A DNA stretch of 64,000 nucleotides from Nannocystis sp. ILAH1 (GTDB lineage Bacteria > Myxococcota_A > Polyangia > Nannocystales > Nannocystaceae): the NCBI RefSeq assembly GCF_026626585.1, contig NZ_JAPNKD010000014.1, positions 285,207 to 349,206 of the forward strand. The letters run 5' to 3'. The translations under genes and the position numbers were made by a program. The first letter of the stretch is position 1, and the number at the start of each line of letters is the position of its first letter. The notes beneath the pieces were generated by a model. It saw only the letters and a list, made by a program, of their open reading frames with translations, was not told the origin of the DNA and did no database searches. Shown here piece after piece: positions 40,526-49,891 of the stretch.

Positions 40526-41159
40526 TCTCGCTGGGTGCCGACGAACACGAGTGGCGTGCGATGGGCGAGGGCAGGGCGACGGAGCGGGCGTCGTGACGCG
40601 CCGTGCGAGATGCCGGCGGCCTGTTCGTCATCGTCGATGTGGCCGATGTCGCCGTCGTCGTTGGCGGCTGGCGAGAGGGAGCAGTCGCGCCTTTCTCCGA
40701 GCTGTCTCACTCGGCGGTCGTCGCGCGAGCCATCACCCGCGGGCGAACACGAGTGGTGGACGCGCGGCCATCGAGGCGGTGCTGAACGCGCGGGTATCGA
40801 GGTCCGGGGCGACGGAGTTCGAACCGAGGCGAACAGGTGCTGCCTCCTAATATAGATAGCCTCGTTCTCTAATCGGCGGTCGGCGCGCGTGAGGTGGCCC
40901 AGCGTCACGGTGCCGGAGACATGTCCGAATAGACACTTTCACGCGCCGCGCGAACGCGCTCGACCCCAGGCCATGCCACCCGACTCCGGCGCTTCATCAC
41001 AGCGAGGCCAAGAGCCAGGGCGGCAGATGCTCGCCGCGAGCCCGGCTCGTCCCGCGACATGACCCGAGAGCCAGCTAATCCGCGAACGCGCCTGCACGCC
41101 CCCGCAGAGGCCCCCGCGAGGAACTTCTGCGCCGCTGCGAACTGCGCTATCAGTCGCCC

Positions 41160-42542
41160 ATGCAGGCCCCTGACCCCTGGGGCGAGCGGCTGCCTCGCAA
41201 GCTCGGCCTCGCCAGCACCGTCGCGGTGCTGGTCGGGTCGACGATCGGCAGCGGCATCTTCCGGACCCCGGCGGAGATCGCCGGCCACATCGACGACCTG
41301 ACCCTGTTCGTCCTCGCGTGGGTCGCCGGCGGCGTGGTCGCCCTCGCCGGCGCACTGACCGTCGCCGAGCTGGCCATCCTCTATCCGCGTAGCGGCGGCA
41401 TCTACGTCTACCTGCGCGAGGCGTTCGGCAAGCTGCCGGCCTTCCTGTTCGGCTGGGCCGAGCTGCTCATCCTGCGCCCGGCTGCGTACGGCGCGATCGC
41501 GGTGACCTCGGCCGAGTACCTGCTGCGCACGTTCGGCGTCGACGGAGCGCCGCCGGTGCTCGGACCGCTGTCGCGGGCCCAGGTGGTGGCGGTGGCGATG
41601 ATCGCCACGGTCGCCGCGGTCAACCGCCGCGGCGTCGAGTTCGGGGCGCTCGTGCAGAACGTCAGCACCGCGCTGAAGGTCGCGGCGCTGCTCGGCCTGG
41701 TCGCGCTCGGCCTCCTGCTGGCCCCGGAGGCGACGGCGCCGGTGCCTGCGACCGCTGCGCCGGCGGCCGACGGGGCGTTCGTCCTGGCGATGGTCGCCAT
41801 CCTCTGGGCCTACGACGGCTGGTGCGACGTCGGCTTCGTGAGCGGCGAGGTCCGCGATCCGCAGCGCGCGCTCCCGCGGGTGTTCATCCTCGGGACCGCT
41901 GCGGTCGTCGCGCTCTACCTCGCGGCCAACCTCGTGTACCTGCGGGTCATCCCGCTGGAGCAGATGGCTGGCGCCCCGCTGGTCGCCGCCGATGTCGCCG
42001 CCGCCCTGATCGGCTCGCTCGGCACCACTCTCGTGGCCGCGGCCGTCATGGTCAGCACCTTCGGCACCCTCAACGGCTCGATGATGACCGGGCCGCGGGT
42101 GTTCTACGCCATGGCGGAGGACCGGCTGTTCTTCCGCCGCCTGGCCGAGGTCCACCCGCGCCACGGCACCCCCTCGGCCAGCATCGTCCTCGGCGCCGCG
42201 CTGGGGATCGTGTTCGTCTCGGTGCGCAGCTTCGCCGAGCTGGCGGGGCAATTCGTGATCGGGATCTGGCCGTTCTACGCCCTCAGCGTGGCCGCAGTGT
42301 TCGTCCTGCGGCGCACGCGCCCCGACCTGCCGCGGCCGTACCGGACGTTCGGCTACCCGTGGGTGCCGCTGCTGTTCCTGGCCGCCTCCGTGTTCCTGCT
42401 CGGCAACTACGCGCTGTCGCAGCCGCGGGAATTCGTCGTCGACTGCGCCATCGTGCTGTCCGGTGTGCCTGTCTACTGGCTGTGGTCGCGCCGCGCGCCG
42501 AAGCCTGGAGACGTCGGCGATAACACCGCCGCCGGCGGGTAG
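41160..42542 (+). CDS. APC-family amino acid permease
   Basis: The product has 12 TM helices. It has the GSGIF signature and a length of 460 aa. Confidence 0.85.
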   Translation: MQAPDPWGERLPRKLGLASTVAVLVGSTIGSGIFRTPAEIAGHIDDLTLFVLAWVAGGVVALAGALTVAELAILYPRSGGIYVYLREAFGKLPAFLFGWAELLILRPAAYGAIAVTSAEYLLRTFGVDGAPPVLGPLSRAQVVAVAMIATVAAVNRRGVEFGALVQNVSTALKVAALLGLVALGLLLAPEATAPVPATAAPAADGAFVLAMVAILWAYDGWCDVGFVSGEVRDPQRALPRVFILGTAAVVALYLAANLVYLRVIPLEQMAGAPLVAADVAAALIGSLGTTLVAAAVMVSTFGTLNGSMMTGPRVFYAMAEDRLFFRRLAEVHPRHGTPSASIVLGAALGIVFVSVRSFAELAGQFVIGIWPFYALSVAAVFVLRRTRPDLPRPYRTFGYPWVPLLFLAASVFLLGNYALSQPREFVVDCAIVLSGVPVYWLWSRRAPKPGDVGDNTAAGG

Positions 42543-42969
42543 AGGAGATCTCCTCTGACCTCAGACCTGTGAGCATGGTTTGTTGATCATGCATTGCGGT
42601 GAGGTGCGCTCTAATCAATAGAGGAAGAATACGTAATTTGATCTACAATTTTCTTGTCGGCGCCGCGAACGCCGATCGTGTGATCGTCGTAGTTAGCTCC
42701 AAAACCTGTCCAGACCGCGAAAAATTTGTATTTTGGCTTTCGTCCCCCTCCGCGTGAAGTGCGTCCGTGCGGCCTCTTTGTGCTCGCGGTCTCACCGAAC
42801 AAAGGCGTGATCCGGGGGTGCGTGAATGGTTGCGCTGCGCAGCAGGCGACGATTATGGTGGTGCGGTCTCAGGTGAGCTGACCTGAGGCTGCCTCTCCGG
42901 CAATGTCCTTTTCACCATGGCCGTTCGGCCAGGGTCTTTAGACCCTGTCCGATGGCTCAAGGGGGTCTC

Positions 42970-45141
42970 ATGTCCGCTCGTCGCATCATCGTCTCTGCCG
43001 TCTCCGCCTGTCTGCTGTCCGCCTGCCAAGAGGGGGGAATCGCCGTCGAAACCGAGTCTCGCACCGTCACCGCCGACGACGTGGCGGCGCTCGGCCCAGG
43101 CGAGGTCCTCGAGATCGACCTGTCCGAAGGGGCAGTGCGCTTCGCGTTGACCGACGGGCCGATCGATTTCACCCGCGTATCCGTGCGCAGCGGCGACGAG
43201 CGGCCCGCGCTCGTGCAGGACCTGCTGCTCCGCCACGGCGCGCGCTGGGGCGTGCAGACCGCCGGAGCGGCCGCCGACTTCGCGTTCGAGCTCGACGGCG
43301 AGATGGTCCAGGCCGCGACCTCGGCGGGCGGGACGGCGACGTTCGTGTGGTCGCAGAGCCAGGCGCTCGGTCGCCTGCCGCGGGTCGACCGGGTGCAGGC
43401 CGACGAGGCCGGCGTGCCGCGCTTCATCGCCGGCGACCTCGGGACGCTGACCGGCGGCGGCAACGTGCGGGAGAGCGCCCGCGGCTGGCTGGCCGACATG
43501 GCGCCGGTGTTCCGCCTCGGCGACGAGACCGACCTCGAGGCGGTCCGCCACCACACCGACTCGCTCGGCAAGGTCCACGTGCGCTTCCGGCAGTACCTCC
43601 ACGACCTGCCGGTGGTCGGCGGCGAGCTGACGGTCCACGCCGACGCGGCCAGCGGGCAGGTTCAGGCGGTCACCGGCCGCGTCGTCCCGGCCGAGGCGCT
43701 GCCGCTGGCGCCGACGCTCGATCCCGACGAGGCGATCGAGGCCGTGGCCGACCGCCTCGCCGCCGAGTGGGCCAGCGTCGACGTGCCCGAGCTCGTCTAC
43801 GTGGTGACCGAGGCCGGCCCGCGGCTGGCCTGGCAGGCGGTGGTCGAGTACGAGGACGAGGAGGGGCCGCAGCGCGACATCGTGTTCGCGGACGCCGTGA
43901 GCGGCGAGATGGTGGCCCGCCACCCGCAGATCCACCACGCCAAGAACCGCAAGGTCTACGACGCCAACAACGGCACCAAGCTGCCGGGCAAGCTGGTCGT
44001 CAGCGAGGGCGGCGCGAGCGACGACAAGGTGGTCCAGGCCGCCAACGACCTCTCGGGCGTCGTCTACGACTTCTACGTGAGCAAGTTCGGCCGCGACAGC
44101 TTCGACGCCGCCGGCGCGACCATCCACTCGACCGTGCATTACTCGAAGAACTACGTCAACGCGTTCTGGAACGGCCAGCAGATGGTCTACGGCGACGGCG
44201 ACGGCTACTACGCCAGCCCGTTCGCGCAGGACCTCGACGTGGTGGCCCACGAGCTGACCCACGCGGTCACGCAGTACGAGGCCAGCCTCGTCTACCAGAA
44301 CCAGTCGGGCGCGCTCAACGAGGCGATGTCGGACATCATGGCGGCGGCCGCCGACGCCTTCAAGAACGGCGTGTCGGCCAAGACCTGGCTGCTCGCCGAG
44401 ACCTGCTGGACCCCGGGTGTGGCCAATGACGCGATGCGCTACATGGCCAATCCGACCCAGGACGGGCAGTCGTACGATTACTACCCGGAGCGCTACACCG
44501 GTCAGCAGGACAACGGCGGCGTCCACATCAATTCGGGCATCGCCAACCTGGCGTTCTACCTGCTGTCGCAGGGGGGCAAGCACCCGCGCAACAAGACGAC
44601 GACGGTGGTGCCGGCGCTCGGCATCGACAAGGCGGCGCAGATCTTCTACCGCGCGCTGACGAACTACCTCAACTCCAACGCGACGTTCCAGGACGCTCGC
44701 GACGCGACGGCTCAGGCGGCCTCCGAGCTTTACGACGCCGAGGCGGTCGCGGCGGTCCATGCCGCGTGGACGGCGGTGGGCGTGCCGGGTGGCCCCAATG
44801 GCGACGGCGGGGGCGGCGACGGCGGCGGGCAGACCTGTTCGGGCACGCCCTTCAAGGGCAACCTGAGCGGCAGCGGCAAGGAGCAGTTCCAGCCGAGCGG
44901 CTCGTACTACTCCACGAGCAAGAGCGGGGCGCACACCGGCTGTCTCGCGGGTCCGGCCGGGGCCGACTTCGATCTCTACCTCTACAAGTGGAACGGCTCC
45001 GCCTGGGCCAAGGTCGCCAAGTCGGAGGGCCCGACCAACAACGAGTCCATCAACTATCAGGGCACCGCGGGCTACTACACCTGGCAGGTCGTGTCGGCCA
45101 GCGGCGCGGGCGACTACACGGTGACGCTCAAGGCCCCGTGA
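42970..45141 (+). CDS. Secreted M4 (thermolysin-family) zinc metalloprotease with propeptide and C-terminal PPC domain
   Basis: It has a lipobox-type signal (VSACLLSAC), HELTHAVT (HExxH), NEAMSD (ExxxD) and a C-terminal beta-rich PPC-like domain. An AAGGGGG SD precedes the start. Confidence 0.85.
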   Translation: MSARRIIVSAVSACLLSACQEGGIAVETESRTVTADDVAALGPGEVLEIDLSEGAVRFALTDGPIDFTRVSVRSGDERPALVQDLLLRHGARWGVQTAGAAADFAFELDGEMVQAATSAGGTATFVWSQSQALGRLPRVDRVQADEAGVPRFIAGDLGTLTGGGNVRESARGWLADMAPVFRLGDETDLEAVRHHTDSLGKVHVRFRQYLHDLPVVGGELTVHADAASGQVQAVTGRVVPAEALPLAPTLDPDEAIEAVADRLAAEWASVDVPELVYVVTEAGPRLAWQAVVEYEDEEGPQRDIVFADAVSGEMVARHPQIHHAKNRKVYDANNGTKLPGKLVVSEGGASDDKVVQAANDLSGVVYDFYVSKFGRDSFDAAGATIHSTVHYSKNYVNAFWNGQQMVYGDGDGYYASPFAQDLDVVAHELTHAVTQYEASLVYQNQSGALNEAMSDIMAAAADAFKNGVSAKTWLLAETCWTPGVANDAMRYMANPTQDGQSYDYYPERYTGQQDNGGVHINSGIANLAFYLLSQGGKHPRNKTTTVVPALGIDKAAQIFYRALTNYLNSNATFQDARDATAQAASELYDAEAVAAVHAAWTAVGVPGGPNGDGGGGDGGGQTCSGTPFKGNLSGSGKEQFQPSGSYYSTSKSGAHTGCLAGPAGADFDLYLYKWNGSAWAKVAKSEGPTNNESINYQGTAGYYTWQVVSASGAGDYTVTLKAP

Positions 45142-45261
45142 GCGGGCCCGCCCGCGGCGGCCTGGGCCCGTGCAGGTCGCCGCGATCGGGGCAGGCTGCA
45201 GTCTCCACGTGACAGCCGGTCAGGACCGCGGGTCACGATGTAGGCACAACCACCGCGAGCA

Positions 45262-45296
45262 TGAAAAAAAGCGGGCACGGTCCTCATCCGTGCCCG
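45262..45296 (-). terminator. Rho-independent terminator on minus strand
   Basis: The minus-strand RNA reads GCGGGCACGG-augagga-CCGUGCCCGC followed by UUUUUUU. The stem is a 10-bp perfect GC-rich stem. Confidence 0.6.
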
Positions 45297-45560
45297 CTCA
45301 CGCCTCAACAACACACCTCGAATTCGATCGGGCCTCCTCTCACCACGGTACACGCTTCAGCCGCGAAGGACCGAAGACTGCCGGCTTATCAAGACCGAGA
45401 TGCTCGGGCTTGAATCGCGGCCGGCAGCCGTGCACCGGGGTGCAGAGAGGAGGACCGACCGACGCTTCCATTCTTGTCCGTGCCGACGGTGCTTGTCAAA
45501 CCGAAAAAGCGAGCACAGCAGTCGCAACATTATCGCTCGGTGCATTTTCGGGTCCGCACG
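45297..45560 (-). ncRNA. Candidate small RNA ending at the 45262..45296 terminator (unclassified)
   Basis: This segment has lower GC and no credible ORF. It lies immediately upstream (in minus sense) of a strong terminator. The 5' end is undefined. Inference only. Confidence 0.3.
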
Positions 45561-45849
45561 CGGACGGCCCACATTTTCGCCCGAGCCCCGATCACTTCTG
45601 CGAATTCGACCGCAACCACGTCCACTACGGTGAATCGCGGGCGGGCCGACCTGATGCGATTTCGTGGGAGCCCTTCGGACATGTCTGTAGGGTCATGTCG
45701 CGCGCTTCCACTGTCACTTGCCCGCGCGCCGCGTGCCGCATGGCCCCAGGTCCGCGGCCACAGCGGCGCGCTGGTGATCGGCCCGAGGCGGGCCGCGATC
45801 GCGCCGACGCTCGCGTTCCATCCTTCGCGCGCCGGCCGTCGCGCGAGCG

Positions 45850-46370
45850 ATTCACGGCGGGGCGAACGGGGAGGCCGCCGCGATCCCGAGAAGATCGGCC
45901 TCGTGTCGCAGGAGCGCTCGACTGCGTGTACGGGCGCGAACGGGGAGGCCGCCGCGAGCGTCTCGCGGGAGCGCTCGGCCGCGTTCTCGCGGCGCGGAGG
46001 GAGACCGTCGTGAGTGCAGGGGGCGTCCTCGTTTCACAGGACCGCTCGGCCGCGTGTAAAGGCGCGAACGGGGAGGCCGCCGCGACGGCGGGATCGACCT
46101 CGCCTCGCAAGGGCGTGTCCGGCGGCGCGAACGGAGAGACCGCCGCGACCGCGGGGACCTCGTGTCGCACGGGCGCTCGGCCGTGATCGCGGCGGCGCGG
46201 AAGGGGGCCGCGATCCTGGGATCGGCTCCCTCTCGCCGGGTCGATCGGCTGCGGGTACTGCGGCGCGAGCAGGAGGTCGCGGGTGACGCCCTCGTCATCC
46301 TCGGTCCTCCGGGCGATCGATCGCGGCGCTCCGGCGCGAAAGGCCGCCGCGACTGCGGCTGTACGCTTCG
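45850..46370. repeat. Degenerate tandem repeat array (about 62-66 bp unit with two conserved cores: GGCGCGAACGGGGAGGCCGCCGCGA and GAGCGCTCGGCCGCGTG)
   Basis: At least 6 head-to-tail copies are visible directly. Both halves of the unit are conserved, so there are no unique spacers. Confidence 0.55.
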
Positions 46371-46481
46371 TCCTCGCGCCTCTCCTGGGCCGGACCGGTC
46401 TCTGGGGACAGGCGCCTCGCGGCCGGGGCGGGGGACCGGTTTCTCGGCGCGTCCCGGGGGCTGTGCTAGTTTGAGGGGACC

Positions 46482-49028
46482 ATGGCGCCGGCGAGCCACC
46501 CGAAGCGGATGTCTGCCCTGACGCTGTGCATGGCGACCACGGCGCTGCTCGCCTGTCGCCCCGCGGCGCTCACCCCCGAAGCCGAGCGCGTGCATCGGGG
46601 CGTCAATCAGATCCCCCTCAGCGCCCGACCCCCGACCGCAGGGACGCCGACCCCACCGGCAGCCGCCCTGCCGCCCCAGGCGCCTGCGGAGGTCTCCGCG
46701 GCGGCCTTGCTGGCGCGCGGCGAACCCGAGGCCGCGCTCGCGCGCCTGGCTCACGAGCCCGCGGCAGCCGGGTCGCTGCAAGCCTCGGTGCAGCGCCTGA
46801 CGAAGGCCCGCGCCGCTCGCGAGCTGGGTCGCCCGGCCGAAGCGGTCCAGGCGTTGGCCGAGCTGGCGGCGGAGCGGCGGCCGGCCAAGTCGTGGCCGCA
46901 CGAGGTGGTGCTTCACGAGTACGCCCAGGCGCTGGTCGAGGCGGCGGCGTCGGCCCCGGGCGCCGAGGCCGACGCGCTGCGCAAGCAGGCGGTGGCGGCG
47001 TGGGAGCGGGCGATCGACCACGAGCCGGTGCGCAACGCGGCGCCGATGCGAGTGGCGCGGGCGCGGACGATGGCGGCGATCGAGGGCCAGGCGGCGGCGC
47101 GCCGCGCAGTCAAGGCGCTGACCGAGGTGCTGCGCGACTACCCCGAGCACCCCGACGCCGCCGGCCTCGAGCTGCTGCGGGCGCAGGCGATCGCGCGCGA
47201 GGGCAAGACCGCCGACGCGGTCAAGGCGCTGCGCACCGTGGCCATCTGGCGCGCCGGCACGGAGGCGGCCGTCGGCGCCGAGGCGGCGCTGGCGGAGCTC
47301 GGGCGCCCGGTCCGCTACAGCGCGGCCGAGCAGCTCGACCGCGCGGCCGCGGCCCGCCGCTCGCGCGACATGACGCTGTCGCGCCGGGTGCTGACCGACC
47401 TGGTCGAAGATTCCAAAACTCCGGGACATGTCCGAGAGGTCGCGTTGCGCTCGCGGGCGTCGACCGCCTCGCGCGCCCATGACTACGGCGCGTGCGCGGA
47501 TGACCTTTCGGTCCTGTCCAAAAAGTCAGCCTCGGCCGACCTCCGCGGCGACCTGCTGCGCTGCCTCGACAAGGCCGGGCGCTACGACGAGGCGCTGGCG
47601 ATCTGGACCGAGCAGGCCGGCCGCAAGGGCGGGGCCGGGCGCGCGGCGCTGTGGGAGGCGATCCGCCAGGCGGTCCGCGGCGGCCGCTACGAGAAGGCGC
47701 GCGAACTGCTCGGGCGCACGCAGGCGAAGGAGCGCCAGCGCGGGGAGGGGCTGTGGCTCGACGCCTGGCTCGACTTCCGCCTCGGCGACTTCGACGCCGC
47801 TGCGACCGCGTTCGCCAGCGCGGAGCGCCGCCTGCCGGCCGACCAGGCCCGCGCTGCCCGCTACTTCCGCGCCCGCGCGCTGCTGGCCGCCGGCACCGGC
47901 GCGAAGGCGACAGGCGACGCAGGCGAAGAGCAGACCCCCGATCGCGGCGAGGCCGAGCGGCTGCTGCGACAGCTCGTGGCCGAGGATCCGCTCGGCTACT
48001 ACGGCCTGCAGGCGCGCCAGCGGCTGCTCGACATCGGCGCCGATCCGGGACCGCTGCCGGCGCTCGCCCCGGTGCCCGCGGAGTCGAACGCGCCGCCCGA
48101 CTTCGCGGCCACGCGCGCGACCTTCGAGGCGCTGGCCGGCGAGTTCGGCTGGGCCTTCCCGGCGCTGGCCCGCGGCGCGGCGCTCCACGCCGCCGGTCTG
48201 CTCGACGAGGCGCGCCGCGAGCTGCGGGTCGCAGTCGACGCCTACGAGGGCCTCTACGGGCTCGATCGCGGCGGCTGGGTCCCGCGCCACGAAGACCTGG
48301 TGGTGGGGCTGAGCTGGAAGTCGACGTGGAAGCAGCCGCGCCTCGGCCTGCCGAAGGACGCGCGCAAGCTGGTGCGCGAGCGCGGGGCCGGCGAGACGCT
48401 GCGCGAGGGGCTGTTCGCGCTGACGTGGGCGCTCGACGAGCCGTATCGCCGCAGCCGCCTGATGCCGGCCACGGCCGGCTCGTACAAGGCGCGCTGGCAC
48501 CCGCGGGCGTTCCGCGAGGCGGTCGAGCGCGAGGCCACTGCCCGCGCCTTCGACCCGACGCACCTGTGGGCCCTGATGTACACCGAGTCGCGGTTCCGCC
48601 GGCACGTGGTGTCGTCGTCGGGCGCGCGCGGGGCGATCCAGATCATGCCGTGGACCGGGCAGCAGCTGGCGGCGCGCCTCGGCGAGTCGTTCGACGTCGA
48701 CGCGCTGTTCGACGAGGAGCACAACGTGCGCCTGTCGGCCTATTACTTCGCCGAGCTGCTGCACAAGTTCCACGGCCAGGCCGCGCTGGCCTACGCGAGC
48801 TACAACGGCGGCCCGTTCAACGTCGCCCGCTGGCTGGCCGCCAAGGGCTCGACCTCGGCCCCGCTCGAGCTCGACGTCTTCATCGCCGAGATCCCGTTCC
48901 GCGAGACGGCCAACTACACCCGCCGCGTGCTCGAGGTGCAGGCCGCGTACGCCCTGATGTACGGCGGTTCGCTGCCGCGCTGGCAGAACACGGTCGACCT
49001 GCGCGTCGAGGACAACATCGACTTCTGA
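46482..49028 (+). CDS. Soluble lytic murein transglycosylase (Slt family) with N-terminal helical/TPR-like superhelix
   Basis: The C-terminal SLT domain carries catalytic YTESRFR and GAIQIMP. The long Ala/Leu-rich N-terminal domain and the signal/lipobox (LLACRP) are also present. Confidence 0.8.
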   Translation: MAPASHPKRMSALTLCMATTALLACRPAALTPEAERVHRGVNQIPLSARPPTAGTPTPPAAALPPQAPAEVSAAALLARGEPEAALARLAHEPAAAGSLQASVQRLTKARAARELGRPAEAVQALAELAAERRPAKSWPHEVVLHEYAQALVEAAASAPGAEADALRKQAVAAWERAIDHEPVRNAAPMRVARARTMAAIEGQAAARRAVKALTEVLRDYPEHPDAAGLELLRAQAIAREGKTADAVKALRTVAIWRAGTEAAVGAEAALAELGRPVRYSAAEQLDRAAAARRSRDMTLSRRVLTDLVEDSKTPGHVREVALRSRASTASRAHDYGACADDLSVLSKKSASADLRGDLLRCLDKAGRYDEALAIWTEQAGRKGGAGRAALWEAIRQAVRGGRYEKARELLGRTQAKERQRGEGLWLDAWLDFRLGDFDAAATAFASAERRLPADQARAARYFRARALLAAGTGAKATGDAGEEQTPDRGEAERLLRQLVAEDPLGYYGLQARQRLLDIGADPGPLPALAPVPAESNAPPDFAATRATFEALAGEFGWAFPALARGAALHAAGLLDEARRELRVAVDAYEGLYGLDRGGWVPRHEDLVVGLSWKSTWKQPRLGLPKDARKLVRERGAGETLREGLFALTWALDEPYRRSRLMPATAGSYKARWHPRAFREAVEREATARAFDPTHLWALMYTESRFRRHVVSSSGARGAIQIMPWTGQQLAARLGESFDVDALFDEEHNVRLSAYYFAELLHKFHGQAALAYASYNGGPFNVARWLAAKGSTSAPLELDVFIAEIPFRETANYTRRVLEVQAAYALMYGGSLPRWQNTVDLRVEDNIDF

Positions 49029-49307
49029 TCGCGTGCCGCTCGCGCGGCCGTCGGTGCGCAGGGCGCCGCAGCTCGCCCGGCGCTCGCCCGGTTGCCAGCG
49101 CGTGCGAACCACTCGCACATGCCTTCCCGCGGCCGCGGCGCAGGCTCGTCGGCGCGGAACCGGACCGGGCGCAGGCCCGCGCCTTTTGTCGCCACGGCCG
49201 CTGGCTTGTCGCCGCGACCGCCGCAGCGGTACCGTCGCGGTGGTGGCGAGAGCCACTCCGGCGGGAGCCGGCAACTTCGCCCTGACGGGCAGACACGAGG
49301 ATCCGTG

Positions 49308-49823
49308 ATGAACGAGAGGCTAAACCAGCTCGGGCAAGCCGCGCAGCGGCTCAACGAGGGGTCCGATCAGCTCAACGCGCTGATCTCTGCGATCGACAAG
49401 GCCCTGGGCCGCCTGATGATCGGCATGGACTACGTCCACCCGCGGCCGCTGCAGGAGTCGATGTCGACCGGTCGCGACGGCAAGCGAGTCATCGAGCTGT
49501 GCTTCCTCGGCTACCTGCGCGTCCAGGGCGAGTACCACCTCGTCATCAAGACGGTGAAGATCCTCGAGTCGAAGATCGCGCTGGCCTCGGAGACGCCGGG
49601 CAACGTGATGCCGCTGCTGCAGGCGCCGCGCGTGCTCAGGCACGCCGCCGTCGATCTGTTTCCGGAGCTGATCCAGGTGCTGTCGAACCAGGTCGGCGAC
49701 CTCGTGGCGCAGATGGAGCGCCGCTGCACCACCGCGAAGGGGCTGCTCGAGCAGCTCGAGGGCCTGGAGGCGCAGATCACCGCCGCCCGCGAGGCGCGGG
49801 GGCCGGAGCCGGTCGACGCCTGA
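49308..49823 (+). CDS. Hypothetical protein (171 aa)
   Basis: It has a GAGGA SD 8 nt upstream of the ATG and a protein-like composition. No family recognised. Confidence 0.55.
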   Translation: MNERLNQLGQAAQRLNEGSDQLNALISAIDKALGRLMIGMDYVHPRPLQESMSTGRDGKRVIELCFLGYLRVQGEYHLVIKTVKILESKIALASETPGNVMPLLQAPRVLRHAAVDLFPELIQVLSNQVGDLVAQMERRCTTAKGLLEQLEGLEAQITAAREARGPEPVDA

Positions 49824-49891
49824 GGCCGTTTCGGGCCGCTCCGGCGGCCTTCCTCGCCGGCAGCGGGCGAAGCGTGCTATAGGCGCCCGCG

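Noticed and set aside
40780-40850. tRNA-like T-arm sequence GGAGTTCGAACCGAGG
   Set aside because: I could not fold a cloverleaf around it. There is no complementary acceptor stem or anticodon arm at the proper spacing on either strand. It is possibly a tRNA remnant, but unsupported.
42611-42802. 63 aa minus-strand ORF inside the AT-rich island
   Set aside because: It has an atypical composition for this genome, no SD and no homology pattern. It is more likely non-coding regulatory DNA.
45380-45400. CCGGCTTATC match to the RNase P RNA P4 3' strand
   Set aside because: The companion conserved blocks (GGAAAGTCCGGGCTCC, AGGGTGAAA) are absent on both strands, so this is most likely a chance 10-mer.
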